Positions 1 through 12,320 of a stretch of DNA of 64,000 nucleotides are shown in pieces (positions within the stretch are counted from its first letter, which is position 1; each line of letters starts with the position of its first letter). Position numbers and translations under genes: made by a program. The notes beneath the pieces were generated by a model. The model saw nothing but the letters and a program-made list of their open reading frames with translations, was not told the origin of the DNA and searched no databases. Origin of the DNA: Octopus vulgaris (Eukaryota); assembly GCA_951406725.2 (NCBI GenBank), contig OX597821.1, positions 94,550,001 through 94,614,000 of the forward strand. Direction: 5' to 3'.

Positions 1-62
1 ATGAATATCACAAAAAATTCTATCACATGGTTTAATGACTGCAAATTAAACCTCTCTCCCTA

Positions 63-106
<44 letters not shown>

Positions 107-258
107 AACACACACATACCCCACGCACTCAGGCTGATATGTAATAATTCTATTGTGAGTGAATTCGAAGTTTTGTCGGTTTCAGTGTCAGACGATGATA
201 GGTGGTGGTCAGTATACATACATACATACATATGTGTGTGTGTTTACATGTATTTATA

Positions 259-299
<41 letters not shown>

Positions 300-932
300 A
301 TGCATGTATTTATATAGGTGTGTGTCTGTATGCATATATAAGAATATACTTTATATATGCATATATAAGAACATACTTTTTACTGTTCAGCTACATAAAG
401 TCCGTTAATTTTTTTCAAAAAAAGCCCGCAAGATAGTTTTTTAAAAAAGGCCGTTAATTTTTTTTCTTTTTAAAGACCGCTAAATTTTTTACCTGAGGCA
501 CTTTTAGTCACTCGATATTTATATCCTCTCTACACCTCTCAACAGTCTTTCCCCCGTTATTGTTATATAATTCTTAGAAATTACTAATCATATTTAAGGC
601 TTGTTACTCACAATAGAAGCTTACAAAATAATACATCCTCGTTTTGCAGTCTAAAGCAGAGAATGCACCTGTGCAATTGTGCCCCGTTCTGTGTCTAAAC
701 CCTTGTATTGTGTATGTTTTTTCTTCAAGGTTGTCCATGAGAAAAAAACTTTTCTTGTTTTTTATTTTATTTTCTCTCCTGAGATAAAATAGTTTTTTCT
801 GCTTATTAAATATTAATATAATTCAATATTTCTTTGTCATCTAATGAATATTTAACAGGTTGTTCCTTTTCTTCTTTGATTCGCTATTTTTTTTTTTTTC
901 GTACCCAGAAACTCAATCTGTAGAACAATAAG

Positions 933-1235
933 TAGCACTCTGTCAGTTACGACGATGATCCGATTAACGGAACAGCATGCTCGTGAAATTAACGTGCAAG
1001 TGGCTGAGCACTACACAGACACGCGTACCTTGACTTAGTTCTCAAGGAGATTCAGCGTAATTCAGAATGTGACAAAACTGGTCCTTTGAAATACAGGTGC
1101 TACTCATGTTTTCTAACTGAGTATCCGGAGCAACGAGAAATAACGTGTTTTGTCCAAGGTACACTGCGCTGCCGAGAATCGAAATCACGACCTCACAATC
1201 GTTAGCTAAATACTTTAACTATTAAGCCACGCGCT
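933..1235 (-). mobile_element. Degenerate tRNA-derived SINE with family A body/tail
   Basis: Reverse-complement match to the family A 3' region (aacggaacagcatgctcgtgaaattaacgtgcaagtggctgagcac) plus a decayed tRNA-like head near 1170-1235. Confidence 0.75.
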
Positions 1236-1278
1236 TTAGCAATTTTTATTATTATTGAAAGGAAGATAATAGATAATC

Positions 1279-1444
1279 TTTTCTACTCTAGGCACAAAGG
1301 CCAAAATTTGGAGGAGAGGGGGGGCAGTCGATTAGATCGACTCCAGTATGCAAATGGTACTTAATTTATCGACCTCGAAAGGATGAAAGGCAAAGTCGAC
1401 CTCAACGGAATTTGAACTCAGAAAGTAAAGACAGACGAAATACC
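1279..1444 (-). mobile_element. Family C SINE unit with alternative tail, head-to-head with the next copy
   Basis: Family C core ggtacttaatttatcgacc.cgaaaggatgaaaggcaaagtcgacctc; tail tttctactctaggcacaa. Confidence 0.85.
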
Positions 1445-1451
1445 ATTAAGT

Positions 1452-1874
<423 letters not shown>

Positions 1875-2165
1875 TGTGTGTATATATAAATATACATACA
1901 TATATAAAAATGACCACTTAGTATTTTTCTCGACACGGCGTTTTACATACAACTAAATAAAGACATAAAAATGTCCTTTGCTTCAACTTCATCACAGCAG
2001 GTTATGAGCCAGCTCATCGTAGACAACAAAGACAACAAAGATCAAAGCCTACTAATTGAGATTAAAAGCAAAGAATACACTTCGAATCATTTCTGTCACC
2101 ATATACGATTCCTGTTATAGCGTGACTTTTTCCAGCAGAGAAAACATCAAATATCAAGACGTTAA

Positions 2166-2221
<56 letters not shown>

Positions 2222-2228
<7 letters not shown>

Positions 2229-2410
2229 AATCCAAACGGGAAACAAAAAAACAACAACAATGGAACAATTACAGTATTATTATTAATAGGCGCTCAGGAA
2301 ATGGAAGCAGGGAGGTATGACGTTTCGAGCGGAGCTCTTCGTCGGAAACATAAAGAAGGAAGAGAGAGGAAAGAAAGATCCCGGAGCGGGCAACGGAGAT
2401 AGAGAAAAAA

Positions 2411-2430
<20 letters not shown>
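2222..2430 (-). mobile_element. Penelope-like terminal fragment with variant minimal hammerhead, in (TA)n
   Basis: Minus strand reads gttt-CCGACGA-a-gagc-tcc-gctc-GAAAC-GTC-atac (about 2315-2349); (TA)n on both sides. Confidence 0.6.
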
Positions 2431-2485
<55 letters not shown>

Positions 2486-2679
2486 GTGTGTGTATATATC
2501 GTCTTCAAGGTTCTAGCGGTTGAATCACTTAACCTTTGTCTCATTATATCTCGCTGAGTGTCTTGTTTTTTTCTAAAATACATCCCGCCACGCATGCGCG
2601 AACACACGCATACAAGCACACATACATACTTACATACATACGTGTGTATGTATATGTAAATATATACATGTTTAATAGC

Positions 2680-2730
<51 letters not shown>

Positions 2731-2944
2731 TATATATATGTGTATGTGTGCTTGTGTGTGTACGCCAGAGTATTCATATAGTAATTATGACTCAGTAACG
2801 TTTGAATACAATAAAAGATTATAGAGGGAAAGACAGACAGTGTGAATAGAACGAAAAAAAAAACAGACACGATATGTTGAAAGTGACATTTTTTCCATTT
2901 CTCTTGAAATTGAAGAGTTAAATAATATTTAATAAGGAAAGGGC

Positions 2945-3027
<83 letters not shown>

Positions 3028-3031
<4 letters not shown>

Positions 3032-3277
3032 CGGGGTGAGTACTTGATAATTATAAGCACCTGTGTATACCGTTTGGTGGTGTAGGTGGTGGAGTAAATT
3101 GATCAAAATAAAATAAAAACATGATGCGAAGGATTCAGCGGTACATATGTTTCGGGCCTTTATTAGACAGATTTATAACATACATTATGCATTGTTATAA
3201 ATCTGTCTAATAAAGGCCCGAAACATATGTACCGCTGAATCCTTCGCATCATGTTTTTATTTTATTTTGATCAATTT
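3028..3277. mobile_element. Fold-back element with 85-bp inverted arms carrying the hammerhead 3' half
   Basis: Arms 3096-3180 and 3193-3277 are reverse complements; each has GAAAC-ATAT-GTA; unique tail 3028-3095; (TA)n flanks. Confidence 0.8.
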
Positions 3278-3301
3278 TATATATATATATATATATATAT
3301 A

Positions 3302-3682
3302 CTAGCAGTATCGCCCGGCGTTGCTCAGGTTTGTAAGGGAAATAACTATAAAGCATTTTTAGAGAGTTATAGCCAAAAAATAGCAAAAAAATGGAAAAAA
3401 ATGATGGTAAATTTTTTTTTTAGTTAAAAAAAGGTGGAGTTGCGTCCCCTAGACAGTTTGCGGTTTGTGTTTCTGATTCTCGACCCCATGTCGAATTTAT
3501 CGATTTTTTTCAGAACTGGGGGAACTTTTCAAAATTTTCGCTGCGTTAGTTTTGAATTATGACATTGGGCTATGTGTGTGTCAAGTTTCATCAGAATCGG
3601 TTGAAAGCCGTGGTCAGGGTGAGGGTACAAGCAAACAGACACACAGAAACACGCACAGACAAACTGCCGTTTATATAGAGAG

Positions 3683-3683
<1 letters not shown>
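3302..3683 (-). mobile_element. Non-autonomous Helitron-type element
   Basis: Minus-strand 3' end gagcaacgccgggcgatactgCTAG|t (hairpin plus CTAG); 3' part shared with the 3997 and 53093 copies. Confidence 0.75.
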
Positions 3684-3717
<34 letters not shown>

Positions 3718-3996
3718 TAGATAGAGGTTGAGTGGGAGAGGGAGAGAGAGACGTAAAGAGAACGTGTAAATGCTTGCATTGTTTGTAAATTGAGAAAAAT
3801 ACTTAAAACAGTATTTGATGGACAGTGCATGTGTATATTTGTGTATTTGTGTATTTGTGTGCTTGCGTGTGTATGTAAAAGAGGGGAGAGTCGGAAAGAA
3901 TAATGTGTCAGGCAAAAAACAAAAAGAATATCAAAAACAGTGAGAAAAGAAAATGTGTGGAAGATATATCGAAAGTAAGAATTTTATATATATATA

Positions 3997-4394
3997 CTAG
4001 CAGTATCGCCCGGTGTTGCTCGGGTTTGTAAGGGAAATAACTATATAAGCATCTTTAGAGAGTTATAGCCAAAAAATAGCAAAAAAATGCATTAAAAATG
4101 GAAAAGAAATGATGGTAAATTTTTTTTTTAACTCCTTGACTCATCGTAGACATTTTTAGAGAGTTACTTCCCTTATATAATAGCGAAAAAATGCATTAAA
4201 ATGGGAAAAAATGATGGTAATTTTTTTTTAAATCGTAGACTCATCGTAAACGCGCGCTAATACCCAGAAGGGCTCGATATGAATCACGACTATAAGATAC
4301 CCGCTTTTGGTTACACTGCACCGCAAAATGTGGGAGTAGTTAGGAATTTAAATCGTAGGAGACAGACACACAACTTCTCTTTTATATATAAAGA
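3997..4394 (-). mobile_element. Non-autonomous Helitron-type element
   Basis: On the minus strand a|TCtttatatataaaag ... hairpin, CTAG|t; closely similar to 53093-53387 with an extra internal duplication. Confidence 0.8.
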
Positions 4395-4891
4395 TTATCC
4401 GACCATAGAACGCAGGATGAACGTAGATCCCGAAGAAGTGGACAGACGCTGTGCAACAAGACCCGAGTAATTGAAGCACTATAGAGCAAGTCATATTGCT
4501 AACACAACGGCAGTATAATGCGCTTAATATGTTAAGATCATTGACTCAGGTGATCTAAAGAGACACTTCACGAACTTCAGATGAGAAGACAGCAAAACAG
4601 AGAGAATGAAAGAGAGAAAGAAGAGAGAGACGGGAGAAGATTAGAGACAGCTGTTAATGAAGAAAGAGCCATAGAGCAGCAAATAGGGGGTTAAATGTTA
4701 TTGATGAACTACGAGAAAGAAGAATAGAAGAAATTAGACAAAGAACAGCAGTAAAATGTCTTAATGAGACTCAAGTGCAAATTAATCAAGGAATTGGAAA
4801 TCCAAGACAAAAGCTGCTCCAAGATTAGAAAGTGGAATTAACGAACCAAAAAATGCACGGCGAGTAAATGATTTAATGAGAGCTAATGAAA

Positions 4892-5274
4892 GTGGAGGCG
4901 CAATGGCCCAGTGGTTAGGGCAGCGGACTCGCGGTCATAGGATCGCGGTTTCGATTCCCAGGCCGGGCGTTGTGACTGTTTATTGAGCGAAAACACCTAA
5001 AGTTCCACGAGGCTCCGGCAGGGGATGGTGGTGATCCCTGCTGTACTCTTTCACTACAACTTTCTCTCACTCTTACTTCCTGTTTCTGTTGTACCTGTAT
5101 TTCAAAGGGGCCGGCCTTGTCACTCTCTGTGTCCCGCTGAATATCCCCGAGAACTACGTTAAGGGTGCACGTGTCTGTGGAGTGCTCAGCCACTTACACG
5201 TTAATTTCACGAGCAGGCTGTTCCGTTGATTCGGATCAACCGGAACCCTCGTCGTCGTAACCGACGGAGTGCTT
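4892..5274 (+). mobile_element. tRNA-Arg-like SINE, family A, full length
   Basis: A box tggcccagtgg, TCG anticodon-like loop, B box ggtttcgattccc; near-identical copies at 7476, 19835, 26354 and 58657. Confidence 0.92.
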
Positions 5275-5854
5275 AAAAAAGAATAAAATGAAACCAGAGG
5301 TGAGACAAATATCATGAAATATAGTAAGGCCGAGAGCATGACTATTAAGTCCCCACTTTAGCTTCATGTAGCGAGCCAGGTAGATATCATTGATACTCAA
5401 TGGATACAAAGCGGGTATCAGAAATAAAATATCCAAATGTCTTAGATAAGTTATGGTTAAAACTAATATGTTTTGTGACGCTTTTATTTCATTTGAAAGA
5501 TACTAATATAAATGAATGATATTAATATAAATATTAATTTGATATATAAATATTAAATACGCTGTTTTATTTTCTACTATATCCAGCATTATTCAAGCCG
5601 CCAGAATATAATTTGGAAGTTCATTCTGGAAGGGTTTTTTTTTTATTTTGCAAAGTTTTCCCTATGTTATTGAATCGCCGCCAACATCCCCATCATGCTC
5701 TACTCTCTCTATCAATCCCCTTCTTTATATGCGTCTCCCATTCTCCCCCCTTCTCTCTCTCTCTCTTCTATTGTCTGAGAGAAAGAGAGAGACAGGGAGA
5801 TAGATTAAAGAAAAACTGAAAGAGGAAGAAAAACAGGTAATTTTACGTTTATAA

Positions 5855-6260
5855 GTGCAGGAGTGGCTGAGTGACAAGGAGCTTGCTTACCAGCCACATG
5901 GTTCCGGGTTTAGTCCCACTGCGTGGCACATTGGGCAAGTGTCTTCTACTATAGCCTCGGGCCGACCAAAGCCTTGTAAGTGGATTTAGTAGACGGAAAC
6001 TCAAAGAAGCCAGTCGTATATATGTAAATGCATGTGTGTGTTTGTGTGTCTGTGTTTGTCCCCCCGCCCAACATCGCTGACAACCGATGCTGGTGTGCTT
6101 ACGTACCCGTAACTTAGCGGTTCGGCAAAGAAGACCGATAGAATAAGTACTAGGCTTACAAAGAATAAGTCCTGGGGTCGATTTGCTCGACTAAAGACGG
6201 TGCTTCAGTATGGTCGCAGTCAAAAGACTGAAACAAGTAAAAGAGTAAAAGAGTAAAAGA
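5855..6260 (+). mobile_element. tRNA-derived SINE, family B
   Basis: Head gcaggagtggctg..., ttgggcaagtgtcttc core, internal TA/TG seed, (gtaaaaga)n tail. Confidence 0.9.
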
Positions 6261-6867
6261 ATTATACCAAAGTATTTTAGAATCATTCTTGTACTGACAC
6301 AACTCCTTTCTAACTTTCTATGCTTGCTACTTCTACATTTCAAATTCTTTACAACCAGCAAGATATGATTTAAAGGAGATTTGACTACTATTTCTCAAAA
6401 TATATATTATTCAAATTTTCCTCATGAATTAGCGAAAATGTGGTTTTATGGGTGTTCGCTTTGTAGTCTCGTATTAAGAGGTTGTCAGAGTTAGAATGTA
6501 TTTCATAATGATTTTGCTTGATTAGAATTGGATTAATTCTAAACAATAAGAACAACAACACATAAAACGCCTGCAATAATTATGTACTGGAACTGTTTGA
6601 ATCCCCTATAGCCCTCCCTTATAAATTCTTGTTGTTGTGGCCGATGTACGGCACTATATGGTACGTAACTTTCAATGAGCGTCACGCTGACGATTTATCT
6701 CCCTTAAGCCTAACTCTAGTCGTATTTCAATTCAGTGCCAGCTTAAATGGTCGCTATTAATACCCACGATGGCTTAATGACTCTTCTAACCAATCATTAT
6801 CATCTTCACAACCATCACCACAACTATTAGCATAATCGTCAACATCATCATTATCTAATGGAACTAT

Positions 6868-7030
6868 TCTCCTACTACCAACTACCAACAAGTGAAGGCG
6901 CATGACACAGTGGTTACAGCGTCGGGATCTAATCATGAAGTAGTGAGTTCGATTCCTGGACGGGGATGTGTGTTGTGTTCTTGAGCAAGACATTTTATTT
7001 TGTGTTGCTCCAGTTCACTCAACTGCAGAA
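6868..7030 (+). repeat. Direct duplicate of 7243-7419 (flank plus family E SINE head)
   Basis: tctcctactacca...gtgaaggcgcatgacac...ctcaactgcagaa is present twice. Confidence 0.85.
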
Positions 7031-7241
7031 CAAGGGGCTAAACACAGAGAGGACAAACAAGGACAGACAAGCGGATTAAGTCGATTACATCGACCCCAGT
7101 GCGCAACTGGTACTTAATTTATCGACCCCGAAAGGATGAAAGGCAAAGTCGACCTCGGCGGAATTTGAACTTAGAACGTAACGGCAGACGAAATACGGCT
7201 ACGCATTTCGCCCGGCGTGCTAACGACTCTGCCAGCTCGCC
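7031..7241 (-). mobile_element. Family C SINE
   Basis: Full head, core and most of the tail, in reverse orientation. Confidence 0.9.
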
Positions 7242-7280
7242 GTCTCCTACTACCAGCTACCAACTACCAACTACCAAATA

Positions 7281-8020
7281 GTGAAGGCGCATGACACCGT
7301 GATTAGAGCGTCGGGATCTAACCATGAGGTAGTGAGGTCGATTCCTGGACCGGGATGTGTGTTGTGTTCTTGAGCAAGACATTTTATTCTGTGTCGCTCC
7401 AGTTCACTCAACTGCAGAAATGAGTTGCGACGTCACTGTTACCAAACTGAATCGGTGTTTGGCTTTCATCTGGATGGGAAGCACTCCGTCGGTTATGACG
7501 ACGAGGGTTCTGGTTGATGCGAATCAACGGAACAGCCTGCTCATTTATTAACGTGCAAGTGGCTGAGCACTCCACAGACACGTGTACCCTTAACGTAGTT
7601 CTCGGGGAGATTCAGCGTGACACAGAGAGTGACAAGGCCGGCCCTTTGAAATACAGGTACAACAGAAACAGGAAGTAAGAGTGAGAGAAAGTTGTGGTGA
7701 AAGAGTACAGCAGGGATCACCACCATCTCCTGTCGGAGCCTCGTGGAGCTTTAGGTGTTTTCACTCAATAAACACTCACAATGCCTGGTCTGGGAATCGA
7801 AACCGCGATCCTATGACCGCGAGTCCGCTGCCCTAACCACTGGGCCATTGCGCCTCCACTTTCATTTGGATAACATCGGTGGCGTTGAGAGGGGAGGCTA
7901 GTATACGTAGGTGATTGCTGGTCTTCCATAAACAACATTGTCCGGACTTATGCCTCGGAGGGTAACGTTCTTGGTGCAATCTCATGGTCATTCATGACCG
8001 AAGGAGGGTCTTTACTTTTT
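7281..8020 (+). mobile_element. tRNA-derived SINE, family E, interrupted by a family A copy
   Basis: tRNA-like head, tcttgagcaagacatttt core, tail ggtgcaatctcatggtcattcatgaccgaagg; the same tail is inverted at 12000-12210. Confidence 0.7.
7476..7858 (-). mobile_element. Family A SINE with 13-bp TSD
   Basis: Full-length match; TSD ctttcatYtggat at 7463-7475 and 7859-7871. Confidence 0.92.
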
Positions 8021-8104
8021 TACTAACTACAGCCAAGATATCGAGCGGAATTGTTTCTTTCTCTATTCATTTATTCGAATCTATCTATCTAATATTTGCA
8101 TAGG

Positions 8105-8266
8105 GATAGGAGTGGATGCGTGGTAAGTAGCTGGCTTACCAACCACATGGTTCCGGGTTCAGTCCCACTGCGTGGCGACTTGGGCAAGTGTCTTCTGCTG
8201 TAGTCTCGGGGGCCGACCAAAGCCTTGTGAGTGGATTTGGTAGACGGAAACTGAAAGAAGCCCGTC

Positions 8267-8361
<95 letters not shown>

Positions 8362-8469
8362 TGTATGTATGTATGTATGTATGTATGTATGTATGTATGT
8401 ATGTATGTATGTATGTATGTATGTATGTATGTATGTATGTATGTATGTATGTATGTATGTATGTATGTA

Positions 8470-8531
<62 letters not shown>

Positions 8532-8745
8532 TATGTTTGTGTGTCTGTGTTTATCCCCCCAACATCGCTTGACAACTGATGCTGGTGTGCTTACAACTGA
8601 TGCTGATTCGGCAAAAGAGCCGATAGAATAAGTACTAGGCTTACAAAGAATAAGTCCCGTGGTCGATTTGCTCGACTAAAGGCGGTGCTCCACCATGGCC
8701 ACAGTCAAATGACTGAAACAAGTAAAAGAGAGTAAAAGAGTAAAG
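8105..8745 (+). mobile_element. Family B SINE with a greatly expanded internal (TA)n(TATG)n(TG)n
   Basis: Family B head and tail flank about 260 bp of compound microsatellite. Confidence 0.9.
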
Positions 8746-9114
8746 TTACAAAAGCTACCATTTCTAGTAAATCTGGAGACTGCGTAGTGGTGGTCCCACA
8801 GGATCCTGCGGTTTATTGCTTTCTTTTTTATCTTTTTCTATTTTTTTTGTCTTTTTGTGGTTACATCATGCAATAAATAAAGAACCTACTAAAAAGAAGG
8901 ATGTGTCATCGCAATTACACTTCATCTCTACCCACAAACTACGTCAGTTATTAAATACCCTCACAATATACCCGAAAACTCATCCGGATATTTTTCACCA
9001 GAGCTCCTTCCTTTGCCCAACAGATCGAATTAGTTAATTGTTTCATAAACTCGGATCAATTTTCTTTTTTCTGCTTTGATTCGTGATTCAGGCTTCTATC
9101 GAAGGAATTGATTG

Positions 9115-9128
9115 CTTGTTGTTGTTGC

Positions 9129-9171
<43 letters not shown>

Positions 9172-9941
9172 GGCTATGGTGGTGACGTTGGTGGTAGGGA
9201 GGAGAATGATGATGATAATGATGATGATGAGGGGAAGAAGATGATGATAAGGATGGTGATGATGATGCTGATGATGATGATAATGATGGTGATGATGATG
9301 ATGATGATGATGGTGACGAGGATGATAATGATGGTGATGATGATGATGATGATGATGAAAATGATGATGATGATGATGAAGATGATGATGATGATGGTGA
9401 TGATGATGATGGTGACGAGGATGATAATGATGGTGATGATGATGATGATAACGACGACAGTGGAGATGATAATGATGATGATGATGATGATGAGGGGAGG
9501 GAGGTGATGATGATAAGGATGGTGATGATGATGATGATGACGACGACGAAGTTGATTGTTGTGATATGTTCATGATTGTGGAGGCAGTGGTAGTAACAAC
9601 GATGACGACGACGATGACGACGACGATGACGATGACGATGGTGATAATGGCTGTCGTTGTGACCAGAAGTTGTATAAATAATATAGGAATATTTTGCGTG
9701 TGAATCTGCTCTTCTGTTCGAAACCGTGTGTACGCGTGAGTATCTCTGTATTTGAATGTGTAAATGTGTGTATGTGTTTGTGTGTGTGTGTGCTGTGTGT
9801 GTGTGTGTTTGTGTGTGCGTGTGTGTGTGTGTGTGTGTTTGTGTGTGTTTGTGTGTGTGTGTGTTTGTGTGTGTGCTGTGTGTGAGTGTATGTGTGTGTT
9901 GTGTGTGTGTGTTTGTGTGTGTGAGTGTGTTTGTGTGTGTT

Positions 9942-10011
<70 letters not shown>

Positions 10012-10341
10012 GTGTGTGCGTGTGTGTTTGTGTGTGTGTGTTGTGTGTGTGTGTTGTGTGTGTGTGTGTGTGCATGTGTGTGTGTGTTGGGGCGAGAGAC
10101 AAGGAGGTAAAGCTATTCATCACTATTTGCGGTAGAAGAATTTCTACCTGGAATTGTTGGCTCTTAAAAGTGCAATTCTTTCTTTCACTTTCCTATCTTT
10201 CTCTCTCTCTCGCTCTCTCTCGCTCGCTCTCTCTCGCTCTCTCTCGCTCGCTCTCTCTCGCTCTCTCTCTCACTCACTCACTCTCTTTACGCACACAAAC
10301 AAACACACACACACACGTTTGCGCACAAGTACGCATATACA

Positions 10342-10378
<37 letters not shown>

Positions 10379-10380
10379 CT
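9115..10380. repeat. Compound microsatellite field (GTT, GAT, GAC, TG, CT)
   Basis: Directly visible simple repeats. Confidence 0.95.
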
Positions 10381-10575
10381 TTATATGAGGAGAATAAGAA
10401 CAAAAAGGAAGCGATGAAATAATGTGGGTATATATTTACTTGCGAGTATGCATTCATGCGTGCATAAATGTGCGTATGAGTGCATGTTTGTATGCATGTA
10501 TATGTGCACGTGTGTGTATAAATATGTATGTACGTGAGAAATATATATAGATATTATACATATATATATATATAT

Positions 10576-10725
10576 ATCAAAATAAGCAACAAGGATATCC
10601 AGAGGGTACTTCTGGATATCCATGTTGCTTATTTTGATTTTAAATACCTTACTTTGATTTTGTATGCATAATACGGTACTAAATTCTGGTGCCTCAACTT
10701 AAGTACTATATTCATCTGAATCTAT
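10576..10725. mobile_element. Short fold-back element (28-bp arms plus tail) in (TA)n
   Basis: atcaaaataagcaacaaggatatccaga (10576-10603) pairs with tctggatatccatgttgcttattttgat (10611-10638), followed by a unique tail. Confidence 0.65.
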
Positions 10726-10774
10726 GTATATATATATATATACATGCATGTAAGAATGTATGCATATATATGTA

Positions 10775-11190
10775 TGCGAGTGGCTGTGTGGTAAGTAGCT
10801 TGCTAACCAGCCACATGGTTCCGGGTTCAGTCCCACTGCGTGACATCTTGGGCAAGTGTCTTCTGCTATAGCCCCGGGCCGACCAATGCCTTGTGAGTGG
10901 ATTTGGTAGACGAAAACTGAAAGAAGCCTGTCGTATATATGTATATATATGTATGTATGTGTGTGTGTGTGTTTGTGTGTCTGTGTTTGTTCCCCTAGCA
11001 TTGCTTGACAACTGATGCTGGTGTGTTTACGTCCCCGTCACTTAGCGGTTCGACAAAAAGAGTCCGATAGAATAAGTACTGGGCTTACAAAAAGAATAAG
11101 TCCCGGGGTCGAGTTGCTCGACTAAAGGCGGTGCTCCAGCATGGCCGCAGTCAAATGACTGAAACAAGTAAAATAGTAAAAGAGTAAAGA
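10775..11190 (+). mobile_element. Family B SINE
   Basis: Full-length match to other family B copies. Confidence 0.9.
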
Positions 11191-11624
11191 GTATATATAT
11201 ATACGCAATTGTTTCCGTGAGTATGTGTATGTATGTATTACGTATGTATGCATGTATGTATGTATGTAAGCATGTATAAATGTATGTATGTTTTATATGT
11301 ATATTTGTATGTGTGAAAAGTAGAGGGAGAGAAAGAGGTTATGTGAAAAGTGAGTGTATGTATATGCACGTGATTGCATATGAAAGAGAGGAGATGGTGA
11401 TGGGGGCAAAATGCGGAGGTTGAATGCGGGGATGGAGAAGTTTTGTATGAGAATTTATATGCGTGCATGTAAGTGTATGTGTGTAAGGTAATGTGTGTGG
11501 GACGAGAGCAGAATGAGAAAATGGGAGCGGCATGGGAAAGGTGTTAAAACACAAAGGTTGTATATCAGTATCTGTGTCTGTATATGCGTGTATGTGTGTA
11601 TGTGTGTATACATACATATGTATG

Positions 11625-11694
<70 letters not shown>

Positions 11695-11789
11695 TATAAG
11701 TATAAGGATGAAAAGGGACACACGAGTTGATATATATGAAAAAACAAGTCAAGATAGAAAATGCTAAAATAATTTTATAAAGAACATTT

Positions 11790-11826
11790 CAGTACCGGTT
11801 TCGGTCATTTGAGACCTTTTCAACTG
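11790..11826 (-). ncRNA. Minimal type I hammerhead ribozyme, U3-A8 core variant
   Basis: cag-TTGAAAA-ggtc-tcaaat-gacc-GAAAC-cg-GTA-ctg: stems I, II and palindromic III all pair. Confidence 0.7.
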
Positions 11827-11895
11827 TAACTATTAAGTAATTGAATTTAAAAAAAAAAGAAAAGTTTTTTTTCTAATTTAATTATTTAATAGTTA

Positions 11896-11932
11896 CAGTA
11901 GAAAAGGTCTCAAATGACCGAAACCGGTACTG
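11896..11932 (+). ncRNA. Second hammerhead copy with a core mutation (TAGAAAA)
   Basis: cag-TAGAAAA-ggtc-tcaaat-gacc-GAAAC-cg-GTA-ctg. Confidence 0.55.
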
Positions 11933-11999
11933 AAATGTTCTTTATAAAATTATTTTAGCATTTTCTATCTTGACTTGTTTTTTTCATATATAAAGGGGT

Positions 12000-12210
12000 A
12001 AAGACCCCTTCGGTCATGAATGACCATGGGATTGCACCTATACCCTATCCGGGCAAGGTTGTTTATGGAAGACCAGCAGTATATACCAGCCTACCACGCC
12101 ACCAGTGTTATCCAAGGGAAAGACAAAGGTCGATACAGCTTGGCACCAGTGATATTTCTATGAGTGAACTGAGCAACGTGAAATATAAGAACACAACACG
12201 CAGCCCGGTC
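12000..12210 (-). mobile_element. Degenerate SINE with family E tail
   Basis: aaagaccccttcggtcatgaatgaccatgggattgcacc is the reverse complement of the tail at about 7970-8015. Confidence 0.7.
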
Positions 12211-12260
12211 CGGATAGCTCATATATATATATATATATCATATATTATATGCATATATAC

Positions 12261-12320
<60 letters not shown>

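Larger units (their letters stand above)
11690..11992. mobile_element. Fold-back element with about 120-bp arms, each carrying a minimal hammerhead
   Basis: 11731-~11850 and ~11870-11992 are near-perfect reverse complements; tail 11690-11730 abuts (TA)n. Confidence 0.8.

Noticed and set aside
4892-4970. Possible functional tRNA-Arg genes at SINE heads
   Set aside because: Each continues into a shared body and tail, usually with TSDs, and the cloverleaf stems are imperfect.
9056-10388. Long ORFs (355 aa, 210 aa and others) rich in His, Ser, Thr or Val/Cys
   Set aside because: They are translations of GAT, GTT and TG microsatellites; open frames arise trivially from stop-free repeats.
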